From Alphaproteobacteria bacterium (GTDB taxonomy: Bacteria; Pseudomonadota; Alphaproteobacteria; Micavibrionales; UBA2020): 64,000 nt of DNA. The position numbers and the translations under genes were made by a program. Shown here piece by piece: positions 20,208-29,405 of the stretch. The stretch covers positions 434,848-498,847 of the forward strand of contig JAEUKT010000002.1 in the NCBI GenBank assembly GCA_016794125.1, given 5' to 3'. The notes below the pieces were generated by a model. It ran no database searches. It was given only the letters and a program-made list of their open reading frames with translations, and was not told the DNA's origin. Each line of letters opens with the position of its first letter. Position 1 is the first letter of the stretch.

Positions 20208-21911
20208 ATGGTCACAGGCAATATTTTCGGCACAGTTTACGGCAGGATCGTCCTGCTGCTGCTCGCGGCGGTGCTGCTGGCGGGGATGGGGCGCATCCTG
20301 TTGCTGCCGCCGTATGAAGGCTATGACGAAAACGCGCATTACGCCCGCCTGCAGGCGGAGGCCTTTGCCGCCCCTGGTGCGCCCGCGTATTTCATGTCTA
20401 CCGAAGTCATGGATTATCCCGTTCACGGCCCGATGTCGCCCCGCTGGATATTCGCCCGCGCCTTTAACCCCGCTTACCGCGAAGCCGTCAAGACCGGCAA
20501 GCCCATGCAGGTCATGGAGACGTTCAAGAGCCTGCACTTCACCGATTACCGCGATTTTTTTACCGGCAAAGGCCAGCCGCAGGAATATAAGAGCCTTTAC
20601 CGCGAAACGCCGGGCGTTGCCGATTATACACCATCGACGGGCGTGAACTGGCAGTACCAGCATCCGCAGCTGTACTATGTGCTGTTCGGTCAGGCGCTGA
20701 AAACCGTCGCGGATACGCCGCTGATTCCGCGCCTTGCCGTGCTGCGCATGCTCAGCTACCTGCTGGCTTTTGCCGGTTTCGCCATCACGCTTTTCGCGAC
20801 ATGGAAGCATCTTGAAATCCGCAAACATCCGGCGGCGCGTATAATTGTACTGTTCGGCGCCTTTTATCCCTTCGTCATGCCGATGTATTTCGAGGAGTTC
20901 GCAAGGCTGGGTAATGACAGCCTGTGCGCGCTGATGTTTGCGGTCATCTGGGCGCTGATGCTGTGGCATCTGCGGCAGCCGCAGGAAAAAACGGCCTGGG
21001 TCCTGATCGGGCTGTGCATCGGGATTTCATGCCTTGTGAAAATGCTGATGCTGGCAACCGGTATCGGCTTCTTGTTCTTTATGATGCTGAATGCCTTTCG
21101 CAAGGATTCAGGCGCGACGCGCCTTCCCGCGCGCCTGATGCCCGCCGTTGTTGCGAGCGCAATCGCGGGCGTTATCGCCGTCTGGGCAAAGACGGTCACC
21201 GCCGCCTCCGGATCGATCGAGCTTGCCACATGGCTGCAGGGTCGCGGATTTGTCCCCGGCGAAGGGCTGGCGTGGAAAAACATGTTCTGGAACGTGCAGA
21301 ACCTTTTCACATCGATGGTCTATAACTTTTCCGATCTGGGGCTGTTCCATTGGGGCACGACGGTGGTGGCGGCATTTTTCATTGCCCTGCTTGCCATACT
21401 TTGCGCATGGCTGGCTGCGCTGCCGCGCGACCCGCGGCGGGAGGAATGGCTGCCCTTTTACCTGCTCGCGCCGCTTGCCGCCGGGCTTTTGCTGCATGCC
21501 GTGCTGGGCGGATTTGCCTATCGCCCCGACGATGTGGGCGTGACGCCGGGCCGGTATATCCATGTCGCCGCGCCCGCATTGATGCTGATATTCGGCACGG
21601 GGCTGTGGCGGCTGTCGCTGCGTCCGAAAGGCCGGATATTCTGCGGCATCCTGTTATCGGCGGCGTTTGTTTTTAATATCGCGATTGTCGCGCTGCGGTC
21701 GGCATTATTCACGGGCTGCCTGTGGGTCAGCGATAGTTTCACCCGTGTGCATCTTGACCTTGCATCGGAATCCTGCCGTCCGCAGGTGATATACCAGCGG
21801 CTGGATCTACTGGCCTATGCGGGTGCTGGGTTTGGCTGTGTGCTGCTGGGGCTTGCGGCTTTTGCGGCGGCTCTTTGGCTGTGCCTGCGCCGGAAAGTTT
21901 TAAAAGGCTAA
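20208..21911 (+). CDS. Large polytopic membrane protein, possible GT-C-type (ArnT/PMT-like) glycosyltransferase
   Basis: There are about 12 or more hydrophobic segments. The first loop motif PPYEGYDENAHY resembles the acidic DE..H loop of GT-C enzymes. The family assignment is an inference. Confidence 0.55.
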   Translation: MVTGNIFGTVYGRIVLLLLAAVLLAGMGRILLLPPYEGYDENAHYARLQAEAFAAPGAPAYFMSTEVMDYPVHGPMSPRWIFARAFNPAYREAVKTGKPMQVMETFKSLHFTDYRDFFTGKGQPQEYKSLYRETPGVADYTPSTGVNWQYQHPQLYYVLFGQALKTVADTPLIPRLAVLRMLSYLLAFAGFAITLFATWKHLEIRKHPAARIIVLFGAFYPFVMPMYFEEFARLGNDSLCALMFAVIWALMLWHLRQPQEKTAWVLIGLCIGISCLVKMLMLATGIGFLFFMMLNAFRKDSGATRLPARLMPAVVASAIAGVIAVWAKTVTAASGSIELATWLQGRGFVPGEGLAWKNMFWNVQNLFTSMVYNFSDLGLFHWGTTVVAAFFIALLAILCAWLAALPRDPRREEWLPFYLLAPLAAGLLLHAVLGGFAYRPDDVGVTPGRYIHVAAPALMLIFGTGLWRLSLRPKGRIFCGILLSAAFVFNIAIVALRSALFTGCLWVSDSFTRVHLDLASESCRPQVIYQRLDLLAYAGAGFGCVLLGLAAFAAALWLCLRRKVLKG

Positions 21912-22334
21912 TCCGGCATATTCGGCGATCAGCATCGCACGGCTGATGTCATTTGCCGCTTTTGCTTCATTGTATGCCTCGACCAGCGCCGCCTGCGCAT
22001 CGCGGCCCATCCCCTTCATGACTTCCGCCGCCGTCATTGCGGCAATACTGTCATTGCCCAGCAGCATGCCCTTCAGGTACGGCACATCGTCGGGGCGTGT
22101 TTCTGCTTTCAATGCGGCAATCGTATCCGTGTTCATGCCGCGCGTCATATGCGCGAAACCGGTATTGCGGGTCACGGCGCAGTGCAGCTGCGCCGGACGC
22201 CCCGGCAGGGCGCAGGCGTAATAACCGCTCACCACCGCCCATGCTACGGTTAGCGCTATCAACAATACGATGCGGCGGCCGGCCTTGCGTTTCATGAACA
22301 TCAGGGCAATCAACGGCTTGAGTCCTCTGGACAT
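21900..22334 (-). CDS. Hypothetical protein with an N-terminal membrane anchor
   Basis: The product begins MSRGLKPLIALMFMKRKAGRRIVLLIALTVAWAVVSGYY and continues as a helical soluble part. I recognise no family. Confidence 0.45.
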   Translation of the reverse strand: MSRGLKPLIALMFMKRKAGRRIVLLIALTVAWAVVSGYYACALPGRPAQLHCAVTRNTGFAHMTRGMNTDTIAALKAETRPDDVPYLKGMLLGNDSIAAMTAAEVMKGMGRDAQAALVEAYNEAKAANDISRAMLIAEYAGLAF

Positions 22335-22414
22335 ATCGCGCGCTCCTGATATAGTTTTTGAACATGCCAACACATTGCTATTTTGAACATAGCATCAATT
22401 ATACGGACAGCAAA

Positions 22415-23026
22415 ATGAATGTAACCCTACATGAGGGCGATTTGCCAGCGGGCCTTGATCTGGGTCCCGTCGTTGCGATCGATACCGAAACCCTCGGCCT
22501 GCGCCCTGTGCGCGACCGGCTGTGCCTTGTGCAGCTGTCGGCAGGCGACGGCAATGTGCATCTGGTGAAGTTTTCGACTGCGACGTATGACGCGCCGAAC
22601 CTGAAAAAACTGCTGGCCGACCCCAAGGTCACCAAGCTGTTCCATTTCGCGCGTTTCGATGTGGGCGTGATGTATACCTACCTGAACGTGCTGACCGCGC
22701 CGATTTACTGCACCAAGATCGCATCGCGCATCGCCCGCACCTATACCAGCCATCACAGCCTGAAAAACCTGGTCAAGGATTTGCTGCAGATGGATATCGA
22801 CAAGCAGCAGCAGACGACCGACTGGGGGGCCGCGACCTTAAGCCCCGAGCAGATCGAATATGCGGCAACCGATGTGCTGCATCTTCACAAGATCCGCGCC
22901 ATCCTGGACGAATCGCTGAAACGCGAAGGCCGGATGGAGCTGGCGGAGGCCTGCTTCGGTTTCCTGCCCCATCGCGCCCTTTTGGACATGGCGGGCTGGG
23001 CGGAAGAGGATATTTTCACGCATTAA
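22415..23026 (+). CDS. 3'-5' exonuclease, short RNase D-like (DEDD family)
   Basis: Exo motifs VVAIDTETLGL, HFARFDVGVM and YAATDVLHLHKI are present. The start is set at MNVTLHEGDL. Confidence 0.8.
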   Translation: MNVTLHEGDLPAGLDLGPVVAIDTETLGLRPVRDRLCLVQLSAGDGNVHLVKFSTATYDAPNLKKLLADPKVTKLFHFARFDVGVMYTYLNVLTAPIYCTKIASRIARTYTSHHSLKNLVKDLLQMDIDKQQQTTDWGAATLSPEQIEYAATDVLHLHKIRAILDESLKREGRMELAEACFGFLPHRALLDMAGWAEEDIFTH

Positions 23027-23075
23027 CAATACGGAACGAGCCGCGCCATATTGTTATGTAAATTACTGGAGCGAA

Positions 23076-23104
23076 TTGACATAACAACATAAATTTGATA
23101 GATA
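23076..23104 (+). promoter_or_regulatory. Candidate sigma70-type promoter for the kpsF-lpt-rpoN block
   Basis: TTGACA (23076-23081), a 17-nt spacer, then TAGATA. Confidence 0.3.
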
Positions 23105-23182
23105 TTTTGCGCTGCACCACGCATGATAAACCGGCTTTTGAACGTATTGTTTTCAAAGCCGCCACAACCAGCGAGTACCGCC

Positions 23183-24199
23183 ATGAAAATCGCCAAACTG
23201 CCCGAAACCGCCCGCAATCAGGCCGCATCCGCCGAAACGATTGAAACCGGCCGCCGCGTGCTGAAGACCGAGGGCGAGGCGCTGCTGGAGCTGGCGGGCT
23301 TCATCAACGAAAGCTTTGATCAGGCGATTGAAATGATGTCGGCCGCCGAAGGCCGCGTGATCGTGACCGGCATGGGCAAAAGCGGTCATGTGGCGCGCAA
23401 GATCGCCGCGACCATGTCGTCGACCGGCACGCCCGCTTTCTTCGTCCACCCCGCCGAAACCAGCCATGGCGACATGGGCATGATCGTGCGCGGCGACGTG
23501 GTGCTGGCGATGTCGAATTCCGGCGAGGCAAAAGAACTCCTCGACCTGATCGAATACACCCGCCGTTTCGCGATCCCGCTGATCGGCGTGACCAGCCGAC
23601 CTGAATCGACGCTGGGCCAGAAATCGGATGTGGTGCTGCTGCTGCCGCCCTGCCCCGAAGCCTGCCCGAACGGCCTTGCCCCCACGACCTCCACCACCAT
23701 GACGATGGCGCTGGGCGATGCGCTGGCGATCACGCTTCTGGAGCGCAAGGGTTTCAGCGCGAAAGACTTCAAGATTTTCCACCCCGGCGGCAAGCTGGGC
23801 CAGCAGCTGATGAAAGTATCGGAGATCATGCATACCGGCGACGCGCTGCCCGTTGCATCCGAAAACGCGCTGGTGCGCGACGTGATCCCTGTCATCAGCG
23901 CCAAGGGCTTTGGCTGCGTGGCATTGGTGAACGCAGACGGCACGATGGCCGGCCTGATCACCGACGGCGATATCCGCCGCCATTTGAGCAACGACCTGAT
24001 GGACAAGCAGGCGAAAGACATCATGACCAAATCGCCCAAGGTCACGGGCCCGGACATGCTGGTCGCCGAAGCGATGGCCGTGATGAACGACCTGAAAAAC
24101 ACCTTCCGCAAGATCACGGCGCTGGTCGTGGTCGACGATGCGGGCAAGCCGGTCGGCCTGCTGCACCTCCATGATTGCCTGAGAGCAGGTTTTGCCTAA
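23183..24199 (+). CDS. kpsF: Arabinose-5-phosphate isomerase (SIS domain + tandem CBS)
   Basis: The SIS motif VIVTGMGKSGHVARKIAATMSSTGTPAFFVHPAE..HGDMG is present. The C-terminal CBS pair includes VALVNADGTMAGLITDGDIRR. Confidence 0.9.
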   Translation: MKIAKLPETARNQAASAETIETGRRVLKTEGEALLELAGFINESFDQAIEMMSAAEGRVIVTGMGKSGHVARKIAATMSSTGTPAFFVHPAETSHGDMGMIVRGDVVLAMSNSGEAKELLDLIEYTRRFAIPLIGVTSRPESTLGQKSDVVLLLPPCPEACPNGLAPTTSTTMTMALGDALAITLLERKGFSAKDFKIFHPGGKLGQQLMKVSEIMHTGDALPVASENALVRDVIPVISAKGFGCVALVNADGTMAGLITDGDIRRHLSNDLMDKQAKDIMTKSPKVTGPDMLVAEAMAVMNDLKNTFRKITALVVVDDAGKPVGLLHLHDCLRAGFA

Positions 24200-24857
24200 A
24201 AAACCCAAACCCCGCAGCGCACATTCCACCCGCCTTGCCGCGCGCGGCGGCGGCTATAGCTGGTTCGTGCGCATTTCCAAGGTCACGCTGCCGCTGGTGG
24301 CGCTGGGACTGATCGGCCTTGTGGTTGCGCGCCTGTCGCAGGACCCGCGCCAGATACAGCTGACCGAACTGCCGTCGAAGGAAAAAACCGCGCCCGGGCA
24401 GGTTGAATTGGTCAAAGCGCGCTATGAAGGCATGGATGCGCAGGGCCGCAAATATACGGTCAGCGCCGACAAGGCTGTGCGCAACATGTTGTCGGATGAA
24501 GCGGTGACGCTGGAAAAACCGAATGCCGAAATGGCGCTGGACGGCGGCAGCGTGATCCGCGTGAAGGCCGAAAAAGGCGACTACGACAACAAGGCGGGCA
24601 AGCTCTCCCTCTCGGGCGGCGTCACGGTGTCGCATGACAGCGGCTATGAAATGCACCTGCAGGATGTGAAGGTGGATGTGGCAACACGCCATGCCGCCAC
24701 GCAAAACCCCGTCAGCGCACAAGGCCCCGCCGGTGCGTTGCAGGCGCAGAACATGGATGTGTCGGACAGCGGCGACCTGGTCGTGTTCGGCGGCCCCGCC
24801 TTCCTGACGCTGCATAACCTGAAGCCGAAACTGCCGGTGAAAAAGGGGCGCGGATGA
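24192..24857 (+). CDS. lptC: LPS export system protein LptC
   Basis: It has an N-terminal anchor (VTLPLVALGLIGLVVARL) and a beta-rich periplasmic part, and it sits between kpsF and lptA. The start is a TTG and is uncertain. Confidence 0.75.
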   Translation: MPKKPKPRSAHSTRLAARGGGYSWFVRISKVTLPLVALGLIGLVVARLSQDPRQIQLTELPSKEKTAPGQVELVKARYEGMDAQGRKYTVSADKAVRNMLSDEAVTLEKPNAEMALDGGSVIRVKAEKGDYDNKAGKLSLSGGVTVSHDSGYEMHLQDVKVDVATRHAATQNPVSAQGPAGALQAQNMDVSDSGDLVVFGGPAFLTLHNLKPKLPVKKGRG

Positions 24858-25636
24858 AACAGTTTTCCCTGATCGCGGCAATGCTGATGCTATCGACCGC
24901 CGCCATCGCACAATTGCCAGCCGGCGACAGCAACGCGCCCGTTGAAATTTCCGCGAAACATTCGCTGGAATGGAACCGCAAAGCCAAAACATACACCGCA
25001 CGCGAAAACGCGCTGGCGAAACAGGGCGCGTTCCAGATTTCCAGCGACCTGCTGACAGCACATTACACCGACGACAAAAACGCGGGCGACATTAACACGC
25101 TGAACGCCGACGGCCATGTTATCATCCAGTCGCCGCCCTATGCGGCCTATGGCGATAACGCGGTGTATAACGTCGTCGATAGTTCAGCGCAGCTGACCGG
25201 CGGCGACCTGCGCATCGAAACGCCGACGGAACGCCTGACCGCGAAGCACAAGATCGAATTCTTCGGTCTTGAAAACAAGATGACGGCGATCGGCGACGCG
25301 GTCGCTGTGCGCGGCACCGACACGATGCGCGCGAATATGATGACCGCCTATTTCTACAAAGCGCCGACCGGCAAGCTGGCACTGCAAAAAATCACCGCCG
25401 AGGGCAGCGTATCGATCAAGACGCTGAAGGAAACGCTGACCGGCAGCCGCGGCATTTACGATGTCGTGGCGGGCAAGGCGGTGCTGACCGGCAAGATCCG
25501 CGTGCTGCAGGGCGATAACTGGCTGGAAGGCACGCGCGCTGTCGTGGACTTGAAAACCGGCGTCAGCCAGCTATTTGCCGAGGGCGGCGACGGGCGCGTG
25601 AAGGGCCTGTTTTACCCCAAGAAGAAAACACCATGA
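24854..25636 (+). CDS. lptA: LPS transport periplasmic protein LptA (OstA-like)
   Basis: It has a signal peptide (MKQFSLIAAMLMLSTAAIA) and repetitive beta-jellyroll-like sequence. Its operon position is between lptC and lptB. Confidence 0.85.
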   Translation: MKQFSLIAAMLMLSTAAIAQLPAGDSNAPVEISAKHSLEWNRKAKTYTARENALAKQGAFQISSDLLTAHYTDDKNAGDINTLNADGHVIIQSPPYAAYGDNAVYNVVDSSAQLTGGDLRIETPTERLTAKHKIEFFGLENKMTAIGDAVAVRGTDTMRANMMTAYFYKAPTGKLALQKITAEGSVSIKTLKETLTGSRGIYDVVAGKAVLTGKIRVLQGDNWLEGTRAVVDLKTGVSQLFAEGGDGRVKGLFYPKKKTP

Positions 25637-26412
25637 CCAGCAAACCCGCGAACGACAAGAAAACGCCCGACCTGACGCCCGTATCCGCCGCGTCGGGCCT
25701 TGTCGTCGAGCACCTGATGAAACGCTATAAACGCCGCCCCGTGCTGCGCGATGTGTCGCTGACCGTAAGGCGCGGCGAGGCTGTCGGCCTGCTGGGGCCC
25801 AACGGCGCGGGCAAGACCACCTGTTTCTATATCGTGACCGGCCTGATCGATGCCGATAGCGGCAGCATCAAGCTGGACGGCAAGGACATCACGCGCCTGC
25901 CCATGTACCGACGCGCGCGCATGGGCATCGGTTACCTGCCGCAGGAGTCGTCCATCTTCCGCGGGCTGAACGTCGAGGATAATATCCGCAGCATTTTGCA
26001 GGTGGTAGAGGAAGACCATCACCGCCGCGAACATATGCTGGAGGAATTGCTGGCCGAATTTTCGATCACGCACTTGCGCTTCACGCCGTCGATCGCGCTG
26101 TCGGGGGGCGAACGCCGCCGCGTCGAAATCGCGCGCGCGCTTGCCACACATCCGCAATTCATCCTGCTGGACGAACCTCTGGCCGGCATCGACCCGATCG
26201 CGGTCGGCGAAATCCGCGATCTGGTGAAACAGGTGAAGAACCGCAATATCGGCGTGCTGATCACCGACCACAACGTGCGTGACACACTGGATATCGTCGA
26301 CCGTGCCTATATCCTGCATGGCGGCCAGGTGCTGATGGAGGGCAAACCGTCCGACATCGTCGCGCACAAGGATGTACGCCGCGTTTACCTGGGCGAAAAA
26401 TTCAGCCTTTAA
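25633..26412 (+). CDS. lptB: LPS export ABC transporter ATP-binding protein LptB
   Basis: Walker A GLLGPNGAGKTT, signature LSGGERRRVEIARAL and Walker B FILLDEPLAGIDP are present. Confidence 0.95.
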   Translation: MTSKPANDKKTPDLTPVSAASGLVVEHLMKRYKRRPVLRDVSLTVRRGEAVGLLGPNGAGKTTCFYIVTGLIDADSGSIKLDGKDITRLPMYRRARMGIGYLPQESSIFRGLNVEDNIRSILQVVEEDHHRREHMLEELLAEFSITHLRFTPSIALSGGERRRVEIARALATHPQFILLDEPLAGIDPIAVGEIRDLVKQVKNRNIGVLITDHNVRDTLDIVDRAYILHGGQVLMEGKPSDIVAHKDVRRVYLGEKFSL

Positions 26413-26484
26413 ACCCTTCCAAAACCGCCCATCTGGTCAATCCCCCGAAAAATGCTATAATCGAGGAAGGGAGAGTTTCGGCGT

Positions 26485-28023
26485 ATGGCGATCAATCAAA
26501 GGCTTGATATCAAACAGGGTCAGTCCCTGACGATGACGCCGCAATTGCAGCAGGCGATCAAGCTGTTGCAGATGTCCAACCTTGAACTGGCCGAATTCGT
26601 CGAGGCGGAGCTGGAGAAAAATCCGCTGCTGGAACGCGATGACAGCATGTCCGCCGAGCGGCACGAGGCCGATGCGCCCGCCGCCGACGGCGGAGATAAC
26701 GAAGGCGGCGAAGCCGCGCCGCAGAATGACGAAAGCGGCGAAGGCAGCGACGCTCCCCAGCGCGAGGAACGCGAGCTGGACACCGATTTCGACAACGTCT
26801 TCACCGGCGGCAGCATGGCCGAACAGGAAGGCGGCTACGACGCGTTTGCCACCAACAGTTTTGGCGATGTGGGCAAGGGCGGCAGCCTGAAATTCGACGA
26901 CCCCGATTTCGCCTTCGAAAACAACATGGCGAAGGAAGCGACGCTCCGCGATTATCTGGAAGAACAGATCGCCGTCGATTTCGATGACAACAAGGACCAG
27001 GCCATTGCCCGCCTGATGCTCGATTACCTCGACGAATCCGGATATTTCCGTACCGACGTCGCGGCATTGGCCGAACGGCTTGGCACGACCAAGGAGCGCG
27101 TCGAAGGCATCCTTGCGAAACTGCAGGACATGGATCCCGCCGGCTTGTTTGCACGGAACTTAAGCGAATGCCTTGCGTTGCAGCTGAAGGAACAGGACCG
27201 CCTTGACCCCGCGATGCAGAAACTGGTCGAGAACCTTGACGTGCTGGCATCGCACGACCTGAAAAAGCTCAAGGCGCTGTGCGGCGTGGATGATGCCGAC
27301 CTGAAAGACATGATTTCCGAGATCAAGGCGCTGAACCCGAAACCCGCGCTGGAATTCGAGCATTTCGTGTCGCAAACCGTGGTGCCGGACGTGCTGATGA
27401 AACCGCTGCCGAAATCAAAGGGCGGCGGCTGGGCAGTTGAACTGAATAACGATACGCTGCCGCGCGTGCTGGTGAACAAGCGCTATTACACCGAAATCAG
27501 CAACAGCGCGAAGCAGAAGAAGGACAAGGAATATTTGTCCGAACAGCTGAACACCGCCAACTGGCTGATCAAGGCGATGGACCAGCGCGCCGAAACGATT
27601 TTGAAAACCGCGTCGCAGATCATTTTGCAGCAGGAAGATTTCTTCAACTACGGTGTAGAATACCTGAAACCGCTGGTGCTGAAGGATATCGCGGCCGTGA
27701 TCGGCATGCACGAAAGCACGGTTTCCCGCGTCACCACCAATAAATACATCGGCACGCCGCGCGGCGTGTTCGAGCTGAAATACTTTTTCTCCTCCGGCGT
27801 GTCGTCGTCCGACGGCGCGGCGGAATTTTCGTCCGAAGCGGTCAAATCGCGCATCAAGGGGCATATCGACGCCGAGCCGCCGGCCGCGATTTTGTCGGAC
27901 GACGACCTTGTCGATCTGCTCAAAAAAGACGGCATCGACATCGCACGGCGCACGGTTGCAAAGTACCGCGAGGCGATGAAGATTCCGTCATCCGTCCAGC
28001 GCCGCCGCCAGAAAAACGCATAA
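26485..28023 (+). CDS. rpoN: RNA polymerase sigma-54 factor
   Basis: The N-terminus has QSLTMTPQLQQAIKLLQMSNLEL. The RpoN box ARRTVAKYREAMKIPSS lies at the C-terminus. Confidence 0.95.
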   Translation: MAINQRLDIKQGQSLTMTPQLQQAIKLLQMSNLELAEFVEAELEKNPLLERDDSMSAERHEADAPAADGGDNEGGEAAPQNDESGEGSDAPQREERELDTDFDNVFTGGSMAEQEGGYDAFATNSFGDVGKGGSLKFDDPDFAFENNMAKEATLRDYLEEQIAVDFDDNKDQAIARLMLDYLDESGYFRTDVAALAERLGTTKERVEGILAKLQDMDPAGLFARNLSECLALQLKEQDRLDPAMQKLVENLDVLASHDLKKLKALCGVDDADLKDMISEIKALNPKPALEFEHFVSQTVVPDVLMKPLPKSKGGGWAVELNNDTLPRVLVNKRYYTEISNSAKQKKDKEYLSEQLNTANWLIKAMDQRAETILKTASQIILQQEDFFNYGVEYLKPLVLKDIAAVIGMHESTVSRVTTNKYIGTPRGVFELKYFFSSGVSSSDGAAEFSSEAVKSRIKGHIDAEPPAAILSDDDLVDLLKKDGIDIARRTVAKYREAMKIPSSVQRRRQKNA

Positions 28024-28080
28024 CCAAAAGACATAATAAACGGCTATACGGCTGGATTCATTGTGGAATCCCGCCTGTCG

Positions 28081-28109
28081 TTGACGGGGTGTTCAAAAAT
28101 CTATATTTA
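28081..28109 (+). promoter_or_regulatory. Candidate sigma70-type promoter upstream of hpf
   Basis: TTGACG (28081-28086), a 17-nt spacer, then TATTTA (28104-28109). Confidence 0.3.
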
Positions 28110-28207
28110 TTTGAAGCAATTAAGGGGTCTGGCACGTTGAATTTAAGGCTTTTTTCAACTTAACGCGCCTAGAATTAAGACGGTAATAAACAACGGGGAT
28201 AAACACC

Positions 28208-28882
28208 ATGGAACTGACAGTCAAAGGCAAACACCTTGATGTGGGTGATTCACTGCGCGAACACGTGCGCTCCAACCTGACCACCGCCGCCGCGAAATAC
28301 TTCCGCGAGCCGATCGAGGCCACCGTTGTCTTCACCAAGGAAAAAAACCACCGCTACAAGGCCGATATTTCTATCCATGTCGGCCATGGCATCGTGCTGG
28401 AAGCGCATAACGAAGCGGACGATCCCTACCCCGCATTCGACGGCGCGTCGAAAAACGTCGTCAAGCGCCTGTCGAAATATAAAGACCGCCTGAAAGACCA
28501 CCACAAGCGTCAGGGCGTGTCCGAAACGACCGCCGCTGCCTACACCACTTTCGCCGGCAGCAACGAAAACGAAGCCGAAGGCGGCAAGGAACCTGCCGTG
28601 ATCGCGGAAATGGATACGCAAATCCCGACCCTTGCGGTTGCGGATGCCGTGCTGCGCCTTGAACTGGGCAGCGCGCCCGCGTTGCTGTTCAAAAACCCCG
28701 GCCATGGCGGTTACAACATGGTTTACCGCCGCAAGGACGGCAATATCGGCTGGATCGATCCCGATGGATCGGCACCGAAGAAAAAACCCGCAAAAGAAGA
28801 AAAACCTGCCGCAAAGGCAGCCCCTGCCAAGGCACCCGCCAAGCAGGACAAGAAAAAGGCGAAAGCCGGAAAGAGAAGGTAA
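28208..28882 (+). CDS. hpf: Ribosome hibernation-promoting factor (long HPF) with an extra Lys/Ala/Pro-rich tail
   Basis: The N-terminal sigma-54 modulation/S30EA domain (MELTVKGKHLDVGDSLREHV) is present. The C-terminal dimerisation-type domain includes VIAEMDTQIPTLAVADAVLRLEL...YNMVYRRKDGNIGWIDP. The tail reads APKKKPAKEEKPAAKAAPAKAPAKQDKKKAKAGKRR. Confidence 0.9.
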   Translation: MELTVKGKHLDVGDSLREHVRSNLTTAAAKYFREPIEATVVFTKEKNHRYKADISIHVGHGIVLEAHNEADDPYPAFDGASKNVVKRLSKYKDRLKDHHKRQGVSETTAAAYTTFAGSNENEAEGGKEPAVIAEMDTQIPTLAVADAVLRLELGSAPALLFKNPGHGGYNMVYRRKDGNIGWIDPDGSAPKKKPAKEEKPAAKAAPAKAPAKQDKKKAKAGKRR

Positions 28883-28943
28883 CTGCCCGATACGCTATAC
28901 AAATACGGGCTGACCTCTTGAAAAGGCGGCCACGCATGGGCAG

Positions 28944-29405
28944 ATGATTTGTATGATAACCGCAGACCTTATTATCCCTGACCTGAAGGCGACCAGCAAA
29001 AAGCAGGCGTTCCGCACGATTGCGGACGCGCTGGTACCTGTCATTGGCGGCTCCCCCGAATTCCTGTTTGACGCATTGATGGCGCGCGAGCGCATCGGCT
29101 CGACAGGCATCGGGGGCGGCGTCGCCATCCCGCATGTGAAGCTGGGCCATATCGACCGCATCTACGGCGCGCTGGTGCGCCTTGAAACGCCGGTCGATTA
29201 CGACGCGATCGACGGAGAACCCGTCGATTTGATCTTCATGATGCTGGTACCCGAAAACAGCAAGACGACGCAGCATCTGAAGGTGCTCGCGCGCATCTCC
29301 CGCTTCCTGAAGGATCATGAAACCTGCAGCGGCATCCGCGGCACCTGCCAGCAGGAAAAAATCGCGGAACTGCTCACCGAATGGGCGCGCAATCAGGCGG
29401 CATAG
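28944..29405 (+). CDS. ptsN: PTS IIA-like nitrogen regulatory protein PtsN
   Basis: The motif RERIGSTGIGGGVAIPHVKL contains the phosphorylatable His. Its position is downstream of rpoN-hpf. Confidence 0.9.
   Translation: MICMITADLIIPDLKATSKKQAFRTIADALVPVIGGSPEFLFDALMARERIGSTGIGGGVAIPHVKLGHIDRIYGALVRLETPVDYDAIDGEPVDLIFMMLVPENSKTTQHLKVLARISRFLKDHETCSGIRGTCQQEKIAELLTEWARNQAA

Noticed and set aside
28130-28146. Possible sigma-54 promoter (TGGCACG...) upstream of hpf
   Set aside because: The -24 element TGGCAC is good. At the -12 position the sequence reads ATTTA instead of TTGC(A/T), so the GC dinucleotide is missing. An upstream sigma70-like TTGACG-N17-TATTTA explains hpf transcription more simply.
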